Source: Hamiltosporidium tvaerminnensis FI-OER-3-3 (Eukaryota > Fungi > Microsporidia). From it: a DNA stretch of 64,000 bases. The notes beneath the pieces are model-generated. The model did not search any database and was not told the origin of the DNA. It saw nothing but the letters and a program-made list of their open reading frames with translations. Position 1 is the first letter of the stretch, and the number at the start of each line of letters is the position of its first letter. Where the stretch lies: the NCBI GenBank assembly GCA_022605425.2, contig CM061249.1:1054001-1118000 (forward strand). The letters run 5' to 3'. The position numbers and the translations under genes were made by a program. Of this stretch, positions 33,331-47,059 are shown in pieces.

Positions 33331-34249
33331 TGTGCACATTTGTGTGTTCTTTATTTTTTAATGATACAATTAATAAAGAAGTTAAACAAAACGATATGCT
33401 AAAGCATTTACAATTATTAGCACAAAGTTGCTTCATCTAATTTTTGTAGAACAAAAAAAGATTAATCGAAATGACCTTAGTTAAACAGTTATTTCGTTAA
33501 AAATTAAAATGATTATAAGTGAAAATCCGAGAAAAGCATGAAATCGACCAGCGATAATTATACCAGACGTAATTTTCCAAGTCTCTGTCAATTTATTCAG
33601 CGACCAGCGAAATCATAGAAACCAATATTGATCAGCATTATTAAATAAATCTTATATTGCCGTGAAACTATTAGAGTTTTCGCTGTTATTATTTTAAAAT
33701 TTTGATTTCAAAGTCGCTATCATTACTTCCTTGACCAATTAGATTAGTCGTAGTTTATATAATCAACAGTACTTATATAAACTGTCAAGACTTTTTCTTA
33801 ATCGTGATGAAGAGAACGGGATTCATGATGAAATACGACTGTAATTGAAATGATAGATGTCTGGTGTTCATACAGTGGGTTGAAAGCTAATAATACATAT
33901 AATTCCTAAAAAATATATAGCAAAAAAATAAAGCTTTGCCTAATTTTATGCGGAAAATTCTGAAATCAGATTTTAGTATATTATATTGGGAAGAAGATTT
34001 AATAAAAGAATTTGAAAATAGCCGTATTTGGAGAAAAAACATAAACGAAAAAGCTCTCGCATACTATGTTGTAAAAAATAAATTTGACTTGATCAACTAT
34101 TAAAATAAATGCTAAAACACGAAAATAAAATTTACTGAATAATTTTAATTGAACTTCCATCTCAATAAAAATTTGTTTTTTGAAAATCTATTTACTAAAG
34201 CATATCTACCACATATCTATATATATCTCCTTTGCAAACACTAAAAGAT

Positions 34250-35566
34250 TAAAAAATTCTCAAGGTCATAGGTTTTATTAAGTATTCAATCTTACAGTTG
34301 TCATAACTTAAACAAAAGTCAAGAAAGTATTTGTATTGCTAGATACATTCTTAAGTATAAAATATCTTGGATCTGATTTTCTCACTATTTCTATCATTTC
34401 ATAATCATTTTTATTCGTTACACACAGATAAAAAAAATATTTTGGTTTCCACTAGTTAACTGTTTGTTCCGCGTTACACCAATTGAAATTAAATTCAAAC
34501 GTGATATATGAATGTTTTAATAAAATTTTGAATTTGTAATCATAATCTTCTTTATTTTTTAACGATAAGAAATAATGAAATTCTGTGTTATGGCTAAACG
34601 ATTTAAATTCAAAATTTCTTAGTGGATATGACAGTATAATATCTTCATATAGAGCTGGATCACATGAGAACCCAAAAGATATTATATACTGCTTCATTGC
34701 AGTTTTCAGTGTCGTTTTCCGAATTAAGGTATCTTCTTCGTATAATACAGATCCAATTGTATCAATAAAAAGAGATTATAATTACCAAACAAATAATACG
34801 TGTTTCTTCCAAATGCTTCATTAAATAACTTAATAATTTTGGATTTATCAATATTTTCATTGGGTGTTTCAACTTCTGAGAATATTTTAACGGATAAAAA
34901 ATCATACTTATATTTAATCAATGTTGAAGTTAGTAATTGATATGTGTAGGGTATGTTTTTTGTTATTCCATTGCTTACATCCTCTATTGAAATTTAAGAT
35001 ATATCTTTACAATGAAAAATTGAGATTTTGCGCAAACATTTATACATTTGAAATAATAAAAACAGGAAGAACTTTGATCCTTTTTGACTTAAAATTTTGC
35101 GGCTGTTTCGTACAGAATCTGCTCTGTATGAAAAAGATGGAGATCGTGCAAATGATACCGACCAAGTATGATGATATATTTGTTTTATGTGAAACACTTT
35201 AAATATAATTTGTTTAAATGGAAATTTCGTATTCAAATCTGCCGTATATAGATTTATATTATATACCCTTGAGCTCTTTGATTCAAGATAATTTAATATT
35301 GAACTAGTTGCAAGTTCAAGATGAATATCATAAAACATTAAATATGTAAAATCCATTGAAATTGATTGTGAGAGAAGCTGTTTTGTCTCCATATTATATA
35401 AATCAAGTGTTTTTTTCATGAAGTATTCTCTATATTCATCTATATCGTAATACTTCCCAGTAAAATCCGTAAGCTTGCAAAAGCTAATAAACTTACAAAA
35501 AACTAGAAAATTTTTCTTGAATATTTCAACCATTCCGTTCATGTTTGGGTTAGTGGAAATTTTCAT
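34250..35566 (-). pseudogene. Frameshifted member of a lineage-specific gene family (paralog of 53273..54573)
   Basis: Three consecutive ORF pieces match the paralog: YYDIDEYREYFMKKTLDLY, KIFSEVETPNENIDKSKII and DYKFKILLKHSYITFEFNFNW. Confidence 0.75.
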
Positions 35567-36129
35567 TTAATAGCGATATAGATTTTTTTGTGAGGTTCTA
35601 TTTTATAGTAATTAATGCCATATTTTAAAAAAGACTCACCTCCTTTATTCTAGTCTTTTTATTTCGTTATATCATAACTAATGGTAAAAAACCGAAGAAA
35701 TATTCTATTTAATTATTTGGTGGAGTCATTTTTAAAAAAATTACTTTATGCATTTTATCGCTCGAAGGTGGAACTTTAAGGAATTTTGGATAGAAATCTA
35801 AAAAAGTATCAAAATGATATACAAAAATGACAAAACTAGTTAAAAAACCTAAAATATAATACGTCAAATAACAAATTTATTGAAAATGGATGATTTTATT
35901 GTATGTTTTTTACTTACCCTTGAAAATATTTCTTGTTCCATTTTTTCACATATTTTTGACTTTTAGTACTATTAGTACTATTTTTAAAAATTGGTATAAA
36001 AAAAAGTTGTAACCTAAAACAAAGTAAAATCATAAAAAAAGGCTAAAAAAGGCGATGAGTTTCGAACCAGAGTAAATGAGAATAAAATCTAAGAAAATTA
36101 CACTGTGAATTATCAATTTAAATCCTCTT

Positions 36130-36950
36130 ACGAAAATGCTGAATCCATCACCTTGCCAAACATATAATAACACGCACAACTCTGGGAATTGATATTCAAC
36201 TTAGCTTAATACACAACCCGATCATCAGACAAAATCTCTGAGTACTAGCCTTAGTGCGACATGAAAAACGCGAAACTCAAGCTATTTTCGAAGGTAAATG
36301 TTAAATGCCAATGAATACATTACTCGGTTCCGTAACAACTGAAACGAAGAAATAGTCTCAAATTGTTTTATTTCAGTACGTACAAGATTGTAAGGAGTGA
36401 CTAGAAATGACTGGATAGAGCTTCACATTTACTATAAAGATATTTTGGGTGTGGTATAACCCTTTACCCGTTAAAAAAACCACACAAAATGTTGCGCAAA
36501 TGGAGCTAAAGCAATAAAAATATCGGGAGCGACATGGAATAGCTGCATATTTCCTCCAACCGTGTTCCCCGGATCGAAACCACTCGGTGCATAAACCCTA
36601 GAGATCGTTTTTGCATAAAATCGAAGACATCTTGGAGAACTAATTTGAAAAGCGCGCCTTACTCGAAAAAAAACACAAGTAATTTGTATGACAGAAAAAT
36701 TATGGTATCATGTCTCGAATAGTAAATAACTATGCTAGAGCTCATATACTCGATTCAATCAAAGGTGCCGCGAATATATTAAAAGCTGCGTAGTGATCTA
36801 GAACAAAGCCCCGGATATTGAGAAATTCTAAAATCACTTGACAAGAAAAACATAGAGGGCAAAATCCTCCACTTAACACTGTTTAATGATCTCCTTGACA
36901 ATAATGTAGATAAAAAAACTTACCGCGTCGAAAAAAAATACATAAGACAA
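36130..36950 (+). mobile_element. Relic of the N-terminal region of a divergent R4/Dong-like LINE family
   Basis: VRTRL*GVTRNDWIELHIYY (from 36376), IAAYFLQPCS and SRIVNNYARAHILDSIKGAANILKAA align in order with VQTRFDRMPRNGWKEIQSYY, IATCLAEPCS and NRIIGEYADSHVPMTITDVARIIQTA in ORF 49933..50853. Confidence 0.7.
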
Positions 36951-38687
36951 CCATGCAACAGTTAAATTTGACTTTTTCGGGGTAACTAAATTTTTAAGGC
37001 TTTGGTTAATAAGAATGATTCTTGTAATTTCAATGTTAAAAGCTTACGATGTATGGAACTTAAGGCAATTTTGAAAACTACTATATCTTAAAATTGTTCC
37101 GAAGTCAATTTTTTTAATTCATTTGAGCATTTGACTCACAATGAGATAATATTTCATGAAATTGTTAGTTTTTGTTCTAACTAGAAATAAAATAAAACCT
37201 TGTCACATAAGGTGATATTTATTTTACTTTGGATCAGATAATCATAAGATGATGTTTGATTAACTTTATAAATTAGGAGAATCATTAATTTCAGTTCTAA
37301 CCGGAAAGCTACTGAATATATGGTACTTGCAATTTATTCATCAAGAGGCTAAGAACTCTTTACAAATACTTATGGTATTATGAAAGTTATATGTTTAATT
37401 CTGCAATATATGTTTTCCGAAAATTTTGAGGCACATAATTGAAAAAGTTACTCATAAGTTAATTTGGAAAAGGATTTTAATGAAAACAGAGTCTATCTCA
37501 ATAGATAAATTTAAAATGCGCAATATTAAGTGACAATCTATTTTTTAAATATAAAAAAAATATTGAATCTTTCCAAGAACTATATATTTCCAACGGAATG
37601 ATCTTAAGAAAAAAACAAAAAAATTAATAAAATGTATAAATATGATGTTCTAGTTTTCTTTCAAACCAAAATAAATATAAATCAAATATTTAAGTAGTAT
37701 ATTTGAGTTACACGCTTAATACACGATCTTAATTTATGCCATAGTATAAACAATTATAAACCAGCTGGTATAAAAATTCGACACTAATATACTTTTTATT
37801 ATGTTAATGGAATGGCTCGCCAATAACAGCACAGGTTGGAATCAGAAATGACCAAATCAATGTTGAAATGAAATAAGTCGCAAATTCTTTACTTGTTTTT
37901 ACCAACTAATGGTCTTAATAAATATTTTATCTTTTCATCTAATCTAATATTGATCAGTATTTGAGGAAATGCTATTATAAACGATGATAAATGAACATTT
38001 AAGGTTTCACTTTTATATATTTTAGAGGCGTAAATTTAAAAAAAATTTAAAGTGTCAATATATTTCTAGCATGTTTATTCTATAGTATACCGTTAATATT
38101 TTTTTTGTTGGACAATTAAGCAACAACAAGTTCATTGCGTAAAACATAATATTTTATTTTCTAGTAGTTTAGGGAAAGAAAAAAATCAAAATGTTAATAC
38201 AAATAACCTTTATCTTATCCTAACTTCTGTTTAAATATTTCGAATTAAATTACGTAATATACATATTTCGGGACAATAAAGCACACTTATTAAATATGAT
38301 AGCAGTTCCACATCTTTTTAAATCTATAATTTACTTTAACAAAATATCAATTTCTTTAAGCGACATTGTACATCAATAAGAATTCAATATGATTTTAAGA
38401 TGTTATGAAATTATGTCAACGTGTTTATAATTTTCTTTTATTATTTGTTCAATATATTTTAATAAAACGTATAAACATTAAAGAAGGACAAGGTTTCCTG
38501 TTAATCACAGATGATTTTGATTTAAATTAAAACAGTGGCAAATTATTAATGTGCTAATCTTTTCGAATGCTGTAAGTCTTCAAAGTAATACCTAAATGAA
38601 ATTCGATGAACTTTTGCTAATTTAAAAGGATATTTATTTAAGGCACGAAATAATAATTAAAATAGCATATTTATTATTTAAAATCCT

Positions 38688-39399
38688 CTTGGCAATGAGT
38701 GTGTGAAACTGGTGTGAGATCATTGTTTGGATTTTTGGTGGGAATAAAACCACACTACATCTTTGGTTGTTCCTTGGGAGTTGTTATGAGGAGGGGAGGT
38801 CTAAGAGATGGAGAAACTTTTTCTACAAATTTATTTGTAGTTTTTTATGTAACCAGATTGCAGACCGCAGCTTAAAATTTAGGTAATTGCCATGTAAAAG
38901 CATGGAAACCTAGCCTTGCTCACTCGGGTTAGAAGACTTAGCGCCTGGGAGATATAAAAATAAAAACCATATAAAGCCAGGAAAGCTAAGTAGCAGGTTA
39001 TACCTGTTGGTATGACATTGCACTGTCTAGGTGGACCCCATGTAAATCTCTGAAATATATCTTAGCTAGAAGTTTATTGGGTTCAGAAAGTGTAGAGTAA
39101 GTGGGAATGCTGCATAGTCTTGGGGGAGCCCAGGGGGGGCTTCGGCCTTCGATCACACTCCATGCAACGGACATTAACGAACTCCGGGCAACTGCCTCGC
39201 CTAGTAATTAGGTTCTACACACCTGGTAGATGAAAGGCTTTGGGACGTAGGTATCGCAGGGGTTACCGATGGAGTGTTGGGGTAGCAGTTATTTATGTTA
39301 AACCTAGAACTGCGTTAATGTCATGAAAACAAATATAACACTTGCCACTGTTTTAAAAAAGATGTGATACTTTTAAATAAAGTAATTAAAAGTAAAGAA
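38688..39399 (+). mobile_element. SINE-like element, copy 3 (5'-truncated by about 35 nt)
   Basis: Begins at CTTGGCAATGAG. Perfect 12-bp TSD ATTTAAAATCCT (38676-38687 / 39400-39411). Extended A-rich tail. Confidence 0.92.
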
Positions 39400-40799
39400 A
39401 TTTAAAATCCTAATTTACATTTTTAAACCGAAACCGATTTTTTCTAGCTCGCTCTATTATTTAGAAAACCTGCGAAAATACCATCATAAATCTTTTCATC
39501 AATAACTTTATAAAAGTTTTTTCTTAACATTTGTTGCTGATTTTATAAATCAGAGCTGTTGGTTTTTTTATATATTTAATTTTTTTACATTTTTAACTAA
39601 TCCAAAATTTAATTTATCTGTATAAGCAGGGATTGAATATGAGAAATCTTTCTTAGAGCGATGTATAATATTTTTAGGTTTTTTAAATTTCACTAATTAA
39701 TAAAGAAAACCATGTTGCTTATATTTGAGTCGAAATAATGCATTTCCATTAGTACTTCAAGCTAAGAGAACTTTTAAATAAAGTAAAAAAATCTCAAATA
39801 TAATTTACTATCGGAAGATCTTATACTTTCTTCTAAAAATTTCGAAGACAAGTTTGTAAGATACATATCGAATTAAATTTGGTTTACTTCATAATATTAT
39901 AAAAATTTCATACAATCTTTTTTTATTAAATTTATAACCAAAGCTAACGCATAAATGAATTAAATGTGGAAAATTGCATGTTTAAATTGTATATATCAAA
40001 AACATATTACCATATTGATTTCTCAAATAAATAAAATGTATTTTGCAATATCTGAATACATAATATTCAAAAATTTGATATAATTATATAATTGTCTTTC
40101 TCATGCCATAAATGTGTTTGAAAGTAAAAAGGTAATTATTGTAATGATATTAATTAAAATAACTATAACACATAAACTAATATCTTATTATATAGAGTTA
40201 TAGGATCGAACTTTTAATATAAATAAGAATTATCTTTAGATTTTTTGGATTTTTTTTCCATTTAAAGAAAGAAATTCTAGTTAATAATTTCAAAGGAATT
40301 CGAAGCAGCTACACTTGAATTTCCAATAGAATTATATTATAAATGAAACAGCATTTAATATACATCATATTAAATGACCTATTAAATTTTTTTATTATTT
40401 TCTATATATTAAATATTTAACAAATCAACTTCGAAAAAACTTAAAATTTTAATTTTATTAGCCTTATAAATGTAATTTAACAAATTAAAAAGAAAATTTA
40501 TTTGTTATAAAATGCAGTATAAAGAATTAATGATTATTATAAATTTAATTTTGTCTAGAAGTAATTCTATTTCCGAAATAAATTTTAAATTGTTGAGAAA
40601 ATTGGTATTTTTCGATCTAGAACAATACAATTCAAAACAAAACTTTATGTAAGCTATAAACCGTGTTTATATGACATTCTATAAAAGGAAGTAAGAATTT
40701 TATAGAATAATCGATGTAAACAAATTTTCCTAATCCGGACACAAATTTGTTCGAAAAAAAAGTATAAATAGATCGAAAAAACCCTCAAATTATGAAAAA

Positions 40800-41200
40800 T
40801 TCAAAAGCAATATTTGCTTTGGGTATAGCGAACTAAAAAAATGAAGATGCTTTTATAAAGAGAAGAAGCATCTATGTGCAAGATGCAATTATGAACATGA
40901 TAAAGATACAATGGGGAGGGGGTTTATTTTTAATGAAAGTTTGAAGATCTATATGAAATACAAAGAAAGGGAAAATTTGGTGACGCATAGAAAATAAGGT
41001 CTGTTGTACTGATGGGATTGAAAAAGGAATGCTGAGTGATGGCTCGGAATAGAAAGGTTCGGCTGTTATGCTAAAGATCAAAAAAGATTTTAAGAACCGA
41101 AGACTTTTCGAAGGAAAGAAATGATAAATAGTGTGAAATGTTAGCACAGAAAAAAAAATTTACCTAATAATGTTCGAAACGCAGAAAATCCCCAGAAATA
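40800..41200 (+). mobile_element. Possible Ty3/gypsy RNase H relic
   Basis: Purine-rich decayed coding-like tract with frameshifted EK/ML and GIERF near 41020-41070. Weak. Confidence 0.3.
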
Positions 41201-44200
41201 TTGGCTTTGTTATAAAGCAGTGATGCAAACGAAAACATGAAAAAATTGCTCTCAAATGAGCAGTTCGAAAAAAGAAATACCCCCCTCCCCTACTGAAAAA
41301 AAGTTTTTATCTTAAAAACAATTGAATTGAAAACTTTAGTTTAAAACTTGAATATTTTTTAGAAATGAAAAAAGAAAATTAAAACCATAAAAAAGAATTA
41401 AATTTAAAATAAATAATAAATATGAAATATACTTTAACCTGAAAAGTGGTATGAAAGAAACAAAAGAGATAACGAGAAAATAACAGTGAGAAATATACAT
41501 TGATATAATTATCATTTTCTATTCTAGATTATCATACATTTTGAAACAAAACAAAATTTTAAAAGCCTATAATAAACACAAATTACCCACAACTATTGAT
41601 CCGTCAGAAAGAGTAGTATATAAATCATATAAAATTCATTATAACTTTTAAATAAAGAATATGAAATCTAAAGCAAGTAAAAAAATATATTTTAACCCGA
41701 AATCACGAAAAAGGAAATTCATAAGATCCTAAAAAAATTATAAGATTTAAGTTTACCAACTATTAAGCATTTTTCTATTATACTTTGAACTAAATAAAAT
41801 CTTTAAATAATTCAAAATAAGTAGAAATGTGTGAAAAAATAGAAAATATTTTAATTGATATACTGTTTAAGATCTAAATATGGCTTTAAAGATAATGTGA
41901 AATAATGTAACCAAAACTATCCAGCTTTATTCATCACCATTGATATTAAATTGTTAGTTACTAATGATCTGATAAATACTATACTATAAATCACACTAAA
42001 GATTCTAGAATTATTATCATGAATATTAAAAACATAGACCATAATTTATATTTGCTCCAATCACTTATAACAAGAACAACACCAATAATTTTAATAAAAT
42101 ATCTATCAAAACTTTCATTTCTTTTCATTATTTTTTTTCATTTATAAAATTTCTTTTAAACCTTCTAAAGTTTTTTTTAACAAATAATAATTTGATATAA
42201 AATTTGCTCGGAAGATGATTTAATACCAGCATTATTTTACAAAAAAACTTTTTCGAAATAAATAACTGTAATCAAGCCGTATATTAATATAACCAACGTT
42301 TATAAATGCGTAGAAAATATATATTTAGATTGAAGTTGATTTTTTTAAAAAAATATTTTATTATTAATATCAGTCCAAAAAACATTGCTAATTTTTGAAA
42401 TAATCTGATATAATAACGATTTAAATTAATAAAACTCTTTTTAAAACCGGTAAACTCAATTAAACGCTGGGTTTTTAAGATACAAACTATAATTTTTCTG
42501 GAAAATTAAATTAAATTTAGGATTATAAACCGCGATCATTTTCAACCGAATTCTTATTTCATTTGAAATTGAAAATATATTGAAAATGTAGTAAATTAAA
42601 TAAAAATAGATTTGAATATTTAATCTTCATGTTTCGAATAAAATTGTAAGTTCGTTTTTATTTGTACTCAAATTTAATTTAATGTATTTTCTAAAACTTT
42701 CTCCATTCATTAAGAAACTAAAATTTCATTGAATATATTCTGAAATTTATTTCCTGTATAATATAATTAAGTGCAAAATATAATATTATAATAAATAAAT
42801 CCGAAAAAAATAAACCACAATTCTAAACACCGAGAGGTAAAAGAGAACCGGAGTACAAAAATATGGAAATACCAAATCCAATGACCATCCTTAATAAGCA
42901 AATATATGTGTTTAATTCAATTTCTTTGGTATTTTTTTAAGTCTTTTACTTTTCTTAACAATGTCTAAATATAGATTAAAACCCGCAAAAATAATATTTT
43001 GTTAAATGCTAAATGTATAAACTATAACTTGAATTCTCCAACTAAAATAAATATATGAAATCAAACCAAACTAAAATACATTAATTGTTAAAAGCGCTAT
43101 GACATGATATATCTAATTTAATAATTTATATATTTTTACAGATATTTTATAGATATTTAAAAAAGGAAAATAGATTAAATTTAATCCAGAATAATTAAAA
43201 TCAAATCTTATTTGTTTAATTAATTTTGTTTTCCAATTCTTTCTTAATTAACTTATTCTTAATTATTAAAGTTTTAGAGAATTTTTTATTTTTGAAAAAG
43301 TAATTTACATTAAAAACAAATTTCTATAAACTTTAGTTCTTAAATTTATTCTGAAAAACCTTCTTTAAAAAGTAATTTAATTATTATTTATAAGAAGTGA
43401 CTTTGTTTGATTCAGATTTTACATCAAAATTTATATATAATTTTCTATAAACTATTAAACTTTTACAGTTAAATTGTAAAAAAAGAAAATTTTTTATAAT
43501 ATGCATTTAAATAATTAATTATTTGGCTTAAGTTCATCTAAATCATTTATATCGGCCAAAGTATAGGCTAATATCTAGTTTTACGTTCTGTTGATTTGAA
43601 GACTACTTATAAATATATTTGAAATACCATCTCACCAAATTAAAATGATATCAAAACGAAAACAATAAAACTTTAAGATTTAGTAATGATAATTACCCAG
43701 GTAGAATACTAGAACATATTGCGAAGGTTTGAAACCCGTAAAAGCTCCTTCTAAGAATATCAGATCGATTAAAGACATCACCACGGACTTTTAAGATTTT
43801 TAAATACAAGGTAAAAGGAAAGGTTAGACAAATATAAATATTATTAAACGAGCCAGTTACAGAAAATGTAGACTAATCTACATAAATCTTACTGGACTAA
43901 GTACTACGATTTTCAATATAACTTTCTATAGATTATATTTGCCGGCTTAAAAAACATCTCTGTTTAAAAAATATTATATTACTTCTTTTCTAATTTTATT
44001 GCAAAAACTTAATAAGATTTCTTTTTGAAAAATTTGGAAGTTTTAAAAGTTTTTTTATCTTAACTAATTAAAGATTAGATAAACATATTTTAAATTTATT
44101 AATTGTTGCTCTGTTGTAATATAAACTTGATTCGTGGATAATATCATAACTTCTCTCTGAGGAAAGATACGTACAAAAATAATGAAAAAAATAAATTCTT

Positions 44201-45697
44201 GTCGTATTTCAAACTGTATCTCTCCTCCTTCCGCCTCTTATATTTTGTTTTAATATTAACCGAAGGTGAAGCAACGCTGAAATTTTCTACGGTTAAATAA
44301 GATAAAGGTAATTTGAAAAATAAATGTATTAATGCGTTTTAACGGGAAAGAGTATTTTAGGAAATTTAGCGAATGATTGATTAGAAACCTATAGAAATAA
44401 TCTATAAAAAAAAATTATAGAATTTAAATGGTAAAATAATAATAAATTATAGAAATAAGATTTCAACGTAAAAAAATAGGAAAAAATAATAGAAAAATAT
44501 GTTAAAATAGCAAAAAAAATTATTTATATTTTATATTTTTGTTCTTTTAAACTCTTTATTCAGATGTGTTTGGTTTTATTTGCGCATATTTTTGACTATT
44601 AACATAGCATATTTATGCCATAAAATCTATTAAATATATGTTTCATAATCAGAAAACGAGTCAAAAGAATTCCTTAAAGTTGTATGAATGGAGTTAAAAT
44701 CAATTATATATGATGGTTTCTATTATTTTAAGCAAAATTTATAAATTGAAATTGGCATTTTCAATTCTTTTAAGAGCCAAATTTTCACACTTACGACATA
44801 TATTTACACAATCTTTCAGCGCAGTTGATGGTATTTTACAGTAGTTAAGATTTGTTAGAGGGATTTTCCCTATGATGTAAACTAGCTCTCTTATACACAG
44901 TTTCGATTATCTTTTTAATGACTTTTATTCAAATTGAATCTATTATTAACCTTATTTACTCCAGTTTTTCTAGTGCATTAGTCAATAGTATAATAAAAAA
45001 GATTATTTTTTCCCATAATGCGTTTTTCTGTTCTTTTGCATGTGCATTTAGAGATTAATCTAAGTAGTAATTCCCAAACTATTATAAAATCCATTATTAT
45101 TATATTTTCTCACTATAAATTTTAAGATGCTATACATAATTGAAAAAAAGTATTATAATAGAAATCTATGAGTTCAAGTCCAAAATGTTTTATTTTTTGT
45201 ATATAATGCAACTGTTTCAAAGTTCTTGGCATTTAAGAATGTTATTAACAACAGTTATTCAATATATTTTAAAACAACAAAAATTTTGTAAAAATACAAC
45301 TAAAAGACACATATACGCGGAAAAATAATAAATATATTTGAATTTGTTTTATATTATAATTGTTTGTATTTTTTAAGGGTCCATTCCATACATTTTTGTA
45401 GTTTATTTTAAGTTTCGTAATTATATAAAATAAATTGAGGCGATGTTAAATTGGAGAATGTTTAAAAAAGACAATTATTTTTTAATTTACTCAATAAATA
45501 TTTCTTTCTATTTAAAATAAATAAAAAAAGTAAATAAAAAGGAAGTTTTATTGTAAATGATAGTAGTATAATTAAAGGAATGCTCTTAATGAGTATTGAT
45601 TTAACACCCTTTTATTAATATGATAGATTATTAAGACCCCGTTATTAATAATTAGTATCATTAACACACCATACCCCCCTACACACATACCTTTTCC

Positions 45698-46885
45698 CTA
45701 GTTCTTACTACCCCAACCCACTTTAGGGGAATTAAACTTAAAGTGTATAATATCCCCATCCTCTACAACGTACATCTTCCCTTTAGTATAAACTTTCCCT
45801 TCTTCCTAACCTCAGCCTCACTCCCAACTCATGCAAATCTTTATAATTAAAAACTTCAGCCGAAACAAAATATTTCTCAAAATCCTTATGAATAACACAC
45901 CCTGCCTGTGGCGATATAGTTTTATTTCGAATTTTCCAATTTCTTACTTCATCCTAACCCACAGTAAAATACGTTATCAAATCCAATACACTACATCCCA
46001 TCCTTACCATCTTATCTATAAACACCTTGGTACCTTCCCCCTTCAAACTAAATATTATCGGTTTTACATGTAATATTGATTTTAAAAATCTTTTCATTTT
46101 TATAATCTTGGTTACTTATATTTGCCAAGTAAACAACAGGCTTTGTTGTAAGTAAATTTATAGTACTAATAAATAACACCTCATCATTAGAAAGAGTAAA
46201 ATTAGAGGGGATAGGATTGTAGGTGGGGTCAATATTATTTATGTTAGTATCCTTACAATTACTTATGTTACTAATATTCTTAACTTATCACCATCATTTC
46301 CCCCGTTGTTGAGATACTCGGTAAGCCAACACACTTCTAATATATCCTTTATCTTAACAAGTGTATTATGTTCAAATAACACCCTTTTATCTTTACTGAG
46401 ATTATTTCTATTTTTAATAGATTTTTCTAGAATTTATTGACTAATTATAGGTCTTTAAACGTAACTCATCTTGATAGTGATTATATCATGTGTAGGGTCA
46501 ACATAAGAATCGTAATGTAGGACACAGGTGACTTAAAAGCATCTAACTACATGGAATATACTGTCTGTTGTCGTATATTGTCTAAAAATGCATTTCCTAA
46601 CCTCAAACCAGTAGATGCGCCTTTTACAAGTCTTGCTATATATGTAACGTTAAGATATGAAGGTATTGTATTTTTTGGGGTGTAAATGTTTGAAAGATGC
46701 GATAATCTGGGATCTGGAATTGATACACGACCATCGGTAGGGTCTATTGTACAAAAGGGGTAGTTGTGTGCTTGGACTGAGGAGTTCGTTAGAAGGTTGA
46801 AAAGTGTAGATTTTCCAACGTTTGGCATAAAAACTATTCCCATGGAAAGGTTATGATATTTGGTCGGTCTTGAAAACTTTTGCAT
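45698..46885 (-). pseudogene. OLA1: Obg-like ATPase OLA1/YchF pseudogene
   Basis: GIVFMPNVGKSTLFN, NYPFCTIDP and LVKGAS.G..LGNAFL, then frameshifts. The C-terminal TGS motif YVVEDGDIIHFKFN is followed by TAG at 45698-45700. Key motifs are mutated (GIVG to GIVF, DIAG to YIAR). Confidence 0.9.
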
Positions 46886-47059
46886 GGGTTTTTAATGAAG
46901 ATTTAATAGAAATTATTAATGAAGATTTAACTGAAATTTTTAATGAGGATTTACCAGAAATTTTTATAAGAGGGCGTTATAAGACGAAATAGTGATTTAA
47001 TATATATGAGGGTTAGATATTATATAGAAATGGGTTTATAAATAAGAGAATATTAATGA

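Noticed and set aside
45698-47059. OLA1 relic as a LINE 3' transduction
   Set aside because: The LINE TSD lies immediately at its 3' end, so OLA1 is outside the insertion.
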